Assembly (NCBI GenBank): GCA_032718475.1
Contig: JAUCBJ010003915.1
Span: 1 to 37,266 of the forward strand
Source of the DNA: Nemertoderma westbladi
Lineage: Eukaryota; Animalia; Xenacoelomorpha
DNA length: 37,266 nucleotides
Direction of reading: 5' to 3'
The notes below the pieces were generated by a model. That model was not told where the DNA came from. It saw nothing but the letters and a program-made list of their open reading frames with translations, and did no database searches. Both the position numbers and the translations under genes were made by a program. This document shows positions 36,869-37,266 of the stretch, piece by piece; position 1 is the first letter of the stretch; every line of letters begins with the position of its first letter.

Positions 36869-37266
36869 GGGGTCTGGGGCGTCATGTTGCTGGGTCTTCC
36901 GGCACTGCCCCCTAGTGCATGCCGATCCTAGTAGTAGTAGGGGTCTGGGGCGTCGTGTTGCTGGGTCCGCCGGCACTGCCCCATAGTGCATGCCGATCCT
37001 AGTAGTACTAGGGGTCTGGGGAATCGTGTTGCTGGGTCCGCCGGCACTGCACCATAGTGCATGCCGATCCTAGTAGTAGTAGGGGTCTGGGGCGTCGTGT
37101 TGCTGGGTCCGCCGGCACTGCCCCATAGTGCATGCCGATCCTAGTAGTAGTAGGGGTCTGGGGCGTCGTGTTGCTGGGTCCGCCGGCACTGCCCCATAGT
37201 GCATGCCGATCCTAGTAGTAGTAGGGGTCTGGGGCGTCGTGTTGCTGGGTCCGCCGGCACTGCCCC
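36797..37266 (+). repeat. 71-bp tandem array of the RTE-C 3' terminus plus TAG tail (at least 6 copies, runs off window)
   Basis: Unit GGGGTCTGGGGCGTCGTGTTGCTGGGTCCGCCGGCACTGCCCCATAGTGCATGCCGATCCTAGTAGTAGTA. Confidence 0.95.

Overview
Repeat-rich genomic DNA of an invertebrate animal, inferred from spliceosomal introns, a class A GPCR and metazoan-type retroelements; the species cannot be determined from the sequence. One intact host gene is present: a 4-exon, 312-aa rhodopsin-class, Srsx-like 7TM receptor (11629-21107, +). The rest is nested retroelements. A decayed BEL/Pao LTR retrotransposon occupies 1-~8791. Downstream of pol it carries a duplicated covarying stem-loop and a ~735-codon non-env extra ORF broken only by in-frame stops. 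There is a second, fragmented BEL element (23383-31780), five copies of a young RTE LINE family (A), two other RTE families (B, C), all with (TAG)n tails, and two RTEX/Proto2-like LINEs. Seven tandem arrays (23-71 bp units) are present. Four are clearly local amplifications of the sequence they sit in: a GPCR splice donor, a BEL RT coding segment, and the 3' ends plus tails of two different RTE families.
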